Shown: piece after piece, positions 31,826 to 34,970 of the stretch | How positions within the stretch are numbered: position 1 is the stretch's first letter | How the letters are laid out: each line of letters starts with the position of its first letter | Source: a virus | Lineage: Duplodnaviria; Caudoviricetes | IMG/VR virus record: IMGVR_UViG_3300020045_006069 | Span: 1-34,970 of that record | Length of the DNA: 34,970 bases | Direction: 5' to 3' (one strand) | The notes under the pieces: generated by a model | Databases searched by the model: none | Seen by the model: only the letters and a program-made list of their open reading frames with translations | Told to the model about the DNA's origin: nothing | Program-made: the position numbers and the translations under genes

Positions 31826-32209
31826 ATGCCGACGCTGGCAAAATCAGTAAGACTAGCGGCTCTTTACTACACCGTGCGGGATTGCACGATTCGCTTGTTC
31901 GTCAACGATCACACGCCAACCGACGAAGACACGCTCGATAACTACATCGAAGCGAACTTCCCCGGTTACGCTCCCATCGCGACTAAATTCGACGACTGGC
32001 AAGTATCGGGTTTAGTCCTGAATTACCCGCCCCAGTTGTTCCAACTGACAGCGGATTTGGATACGCGGGTGACGGTGTACGGTTGGTTATTGGCTCGCGG
32101 CAATGACTTTGTGATGGGGCATCGGGACGCGAAAGCGCCGCACAAGCTGATGAACAAGGGCAGTGTAATTAAAGTCCCGAACGTCACTATCGGCGACAAG
32201 GGAGGCTAA
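31826..32209 (+). CDS. Putative virion structural protein
   Basis: IRLFVNDHTPT..YIEANFPGYA..W..TVYGW motif typical of phage tail-associated proteins. Confidence 0.65.
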   Translation: MPTLAKSVRLAALYYTVRDCTIRLFVNDHTPTDEDTLDNYIEANFPGYAPIATKFDDWQVSGLVLNYPPQLFQLTADLDTRVTVYGWLLARGNDFVMGHRDAKAPHKLMNKGSVIKVPNVTIGDKGG

Positions 32210-32211
32210 CA

Positions 32212-32421
32212 ATGGGCGTCCTCGTCAACATCGGCGGATACACGTACACGCTTCCCAGTGACGGCGACCCGCCTCAAGAGCAAGCCAACACAGACACGAC
32301 GGAACTTCCCGCACCGATCATTCGACCCTGTAGCAAGTGCGGCGTTGAACACGAACTGGAAGAATTGACGCTGATTGTGGATCAGTATCGGCGAAGGCTG
32401 ATTTGCCGGAAGTGCAAGTAA
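32212..32421 (+). CDS. Small zinc-finger protein
   Basis: GGAGG RBS; CSKC..CRKC. Confidence 0.65.
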   Translation: MGVLVNIGGYTYTLPSDGDPPQEQANTDTTELPAPIIRPCSKCGVEHELEELTLIVDQYRRRLICRKCK

Positions 32422-32507
32422 CGGATTTTGTAGAATAAACGACGGGATTGGATGTATGTGGCATCGCAACCCCGTCTAACACCGAAACGCTGAAAGGAGC
32501 GTTCGCA

Positions 32508-33389
32508 ATGTCTGAATCGAATTCTATGAAACGTAGAACCGGCTGGACCTTACTTGAGTTGCTCGTCGTAATCGCAATCATCGCGATTCTGATTGGCTTG
32601 CTCTTACCCGCGATCCAGAAGGTGCGGGAAGCGGCGGCGCGGATCAAGTGCGCCAACAACTTGAAGCAATGCGGACTCGCGGCGTTGAACTACGAATCGG
32701 CCCGCAAGGAACTGCCCAACGGCGGCGCATACGGTGCGAAGCATAACGTTGGCTTGTTCCATCACATTCTGCCATTCATCGAAGCCCGCGTCACGCTGAA
32801 TCACAACGGCGTCACGATTGACACGTCGCCGATGTTCTTTTGCCCGACGCGGCGCGGCGTCACGGTGATGGATACGCCCTGGGGACCGGCTTCGCTGAAT
32901 GACTACGTTTGGCCCACTGAGCCGCATTACGGTAACCCGGCTGACCCGTTCCATGCTCACGGATTCTGGACCGGCGAATGGACAACGGCAGTTTCGCCGA
33001 CGTGGTTCCCAACGTGGTTCAATTACAAGTCGATCTATCACCGCATTCCGCCGCAACGAACGACCATTGCCATGATCACCGACGGCGCGTCATCGACGAT
33101 GCTGCTATCGGAAAAGAGCATCGACCCGAACAAGTACAGCGGCGGCAGCAATGGGGACTACGGCAGCGTCTATCTGTCGTTGAATCCGCACGTGTCGCGA
33201 GTCATCACTCGCACACCACTTCGGGACCGACCAGGATACAGCGACGAGTATTTCGGCAGTGCTCACCCGAACGGTCTGAATGTCTTGTTCGTCGATGGGC
33301 ACGTTGACCATGTGAGTTATTCGGTCAACGGCAAGGTGTGGAAGGCACTCGGCACACGCGCGGGGCGGGAGGTCATCAACGGTGAATGA
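32508..33389 (+). CDS. DUF1559 family prepilin-type protein with H-X9-DG domain
   Basis: [43 protein letters not shown]; [14 protein letters not shown]; [18 protein letters not shown]; AAAGGAG RBS. Confidence 0.95.
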   Translation: MSESNSMKRRTGWTLLELLVVIAIIAILIGLLLPAIQKVREAAARIKCANNLKQCGLAALNYESARKELPNGGAYGAKHNVGLFHHILPFIEARVTLNHNGVTIDTSPMFFCPTRRGVTVMDTPWGPASLNDYVWPTEPHYGNPADPFHAHGFWTGEWTTAVSPTWFPTWFNYKSIYHRIPPQRTTIAMITDGASSTMLLSEKSIDPNKYSGGSNGDYGSVYLSLNPHVSRVITRTPLRDRPGYSDEYFGSAHPNGLNVLFVDGHVDHVSYSVNGKVWKALGTRAGREVINGE

Positions 33390-33486
33390 CCGGCGATTCA
33401 CGGCGATATTGATTCTCGGATCGTGCATCATCGGCGGCGGGTTGCTCGTTGGGCTCGCTGCCGTGGTTCAATTATTGAAAGGGTGA
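33382..33486 (+). CDS. Small membrane peptide (34 aa)
   Basis: Manually translated [34 protein letters not shown]; GGGAGG RBS. Confidence 0.55.
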   Translation: MNDRRFTAILILGSCIIGGGLLVGLAAVVQLLKG

Positions 33487-33489
33487 AGC

Positions 33490-33741
33490 GTGCAATTCAC
33501 CATAAGCGCCATTCGCCAATGTGCGGGCGGAAACCATGTTGAGATTGATGTTTCAGTAGGCGGCGGGCCGACGAAAACGCACAGCATCTTGCGTTCGGAT
33601 TTGATTGGTCAAGATGAAAATTTCTCAGTGAGAGAAAGAATTATCAATCGCATGATTTCCGCTGTTCTCGAAGCGACAACAGGGCAGCCAACGAATGCCC
33701 AAATCGTTAATGCTCTTGTGAACAAGACATTTGAGGTTTGA
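33490..33741 (+). CDS. Hypothetical protein
   Basis: GTG start after AAAGGG; TTGA coupling to the next gene. Confidence 0.65.
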   Translation: MQFTISAIRQCAGGNHVEIDVSVGGGPTKTHSILRSDLIGQDENFSVRERIINRMISAVLEATTGQPTNAQIVNALVNKTFEV

Positions 33742-34850
33742 AGCTAATGGCTTATGTGAATGTGTTTCCGCTTCACTGGCCGCGATTTCCTGGGAGCGTG
33801 TCGCGCATTGGATTTGGTCAGCTTCTCATTGATGCAAGCGGAGAAAAGGCCGGATTTACGATTCGCGTTCCTAAAACCGGGACGTTGAATAAAGTTGGCT
33901 TTTTCACACATACGGTTGTGCAGGCACAAACAATTCGTGTTTCATTTCAGGACTTGGACGCGAACGGATTTCCTGATGAAACACAGGATCAATACCGAGA
34001 CGTTTCGATTGCCGACACCGATGATTCGGTTTGGAAGGAAACAGGAATCATTTCGAGCGACGGCACCGACACAGGAACGAAAAGATCGGTCACAAAAGGG
34101 CAATTCCTTGCCGTTGCCTTTGAGCATCCTTCGTTTGCTGCCGGTGATGTTTTTCGCGTGCAAATGTTCAACGGCTCGACAATAATTCCAGCCAATGAAT
34201 ACGTTTCTCTGAAAACTGGCGGATCATGGGCGAAACAAGCAAACGCAATTCCGAACATGGCGCTTCTTTACGACGATGGCCTTGTTTACCCGATGTCCGA
34301 TTGCCCGCCATTTACCGCAGCCGGTTCCCAGTCATTCAATGTCGATACGACGGCTGGTAGTGGTGGTGACGAACGCGGCAACAAATTTCAGGTTCCTTTC
34401 GCGTGCAAAGTTCAAGGGATGTGGGCGGCGCTGCTCGACACGAGCGGCGATTTTGATTTGGTTCTTTACGACTCAGATGGAACATCGGTTTTGGAGTCGG
34501 TCAGCATCGACAAAGATTACAAGCCGCTGGCTTCTGACGCATTCATTTGGGCTGGTTACTTCGACACCGAAATCACATTGACTCCAGGCACAAACTACTA
34601 CGCGATGATCAAGCCGACGACGACAACGAATGTTTCAGCCTATCGTGCGTCAGTCAATACAGCGGCTTATCTCGACCAGATTCTGGGTGGACAAAACGTC
34701 CATGCGGCAATTAAGACCGATGGCGGATCGCCTACGCCAACAACAACTCAGCGTTACAATTGCGGCATCATTATTTCGGCCCTGAGTGACACAGCCACAG
34801 GCGGCGGAATTTTAATTCATCCCGGAATGAGCGGAGGAATGGGCGCGTGA
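33738..34850 (+). CDS. Putative virion/tail-associated beta-rich protein
   Basis: Two internally similar beta domains (EKAGFTIRVP / ERGNKFQVP); C-terminal GGGILIHPGMSGG. Confidence 0.7.
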   Translation: MKLMAYVNVFPLHWPRFPGSVSRIGFGQLLIDASGEKAGFTIRVPKTGTLNKVGFFTHTVVQAQTIRVSFQDLDANGFPDETQDQYRDVSIADTDDSVWKETGIISSDGTDTGTKRSVTKGQFLAVAFEHPSFAAGDVFRVQMFNGSTIIPANEYVSLKTGGSWAKQANAIPNMALLYDDGLVYPMSDCPPFTAAGSQSFNVDTTAGSGGDERGNKFQVPFACKVQGMWAALLDTSGDFDLVLYDSDGTSVLESVSIDKDYKPLASDAFIWAGYFDTEITLTPGTNYYAMIKPTTTTNVSAYRASVNTAAYLDQILGGQNVHAAIKTDGGSPTPTTTQRYNCGIIISALSDTATGGGILIHPGMSGGMGA

Positions 34851-34963
34851 AACTTGCGTATAAGTCGGGCGTCACTTCCGTCATCCTTCGCGTGATGATC
34901 CTCGACAGCACGTCGACCACAGGCGGGCAATCGGACATCGGGGAAACAAGGCCATCGTCGTAA
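34847..34963 (+). CDS. Short or truncated structural-protein-like ORF
   Basis: GGAGGA RBS, GTGA coupling; MKLAYKSGVTSVILRVMILDSTSTTGG, stop after 38 aa. Confidence 0.45.
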   Translation: MKLAYKSGVTSVILRVMILDSTSTTGGQSDIGETRPSS

Positions 34964-34970
34964 AGAAGCG

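Larger units (their letters stand above)
1..34970. mobile_element. Tailed phage/prophage genome segment, probable planctomycete host
   Basis: terS-terL-portal, primase-helicase, VRR-NUC, Gp157 and dense small co-oriented ORFs; no housekeeping genes; TIGR02996, DUF1559 and CsrA point to Planctomycetota. Confidence 0.93.

Noticed and set aside
1-34970. Diversity-generating retroelement, retron, integrase or alternative genetic code
   Set aside because: No reverse transcriptase or recombinase motifs and no TR/VR pair noticed; the long conserved genes read through cleanly in the standard code

Overview
This window is a ~35 kb segment of a tailed dsDNA phage or prophage, most likely infecting a planctomycete (Gemmataceae-like). 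The host call rests on motif recognition: six or seven TIGR02996 repeat-companion domains, a DUF1559 prepilin/H-X9-DG protein, a csrA gene and other planctomycete-type small proteins. Layout: (i) 1-700, end of a + strand unit and a terminator; (ii) ~700-20500, minus-strand accessory and replication region (DUF550, MazG, DUF1599-like, DUF1937, DNA methyltransferase, SNF2-like helicase, VRR-NUC, iteron-like repeat block, primase-helicase, SSB-like protein, Gp157, CsrA); (iii) ~20500-26700, an early region of small genes behind three strong sigma70-like promoters, joined by a repeated start-associated linker; (iv) 26740 to the end, + strand packaging and structural genes (terS, terL, an opposite-strand lipoprotein moron, an extended portal, a DUF1559 pilin, virion-like proteins). 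No integrase, CI repressor, capsid, lysin, true tRNA or CRISPR array is visible. The strongest novelty candidates are a tandem pair of covarying ~105-nt three-way-junction RNAs each followed by a U-tract (18612-18855), five CANGGAYG stem-loops in early-gene leaders of a phage that encodes its own CsrA, and the repeated use of TIGR02996 as a portable module. All family calls come from reading motifs by eye; no database searches were run.
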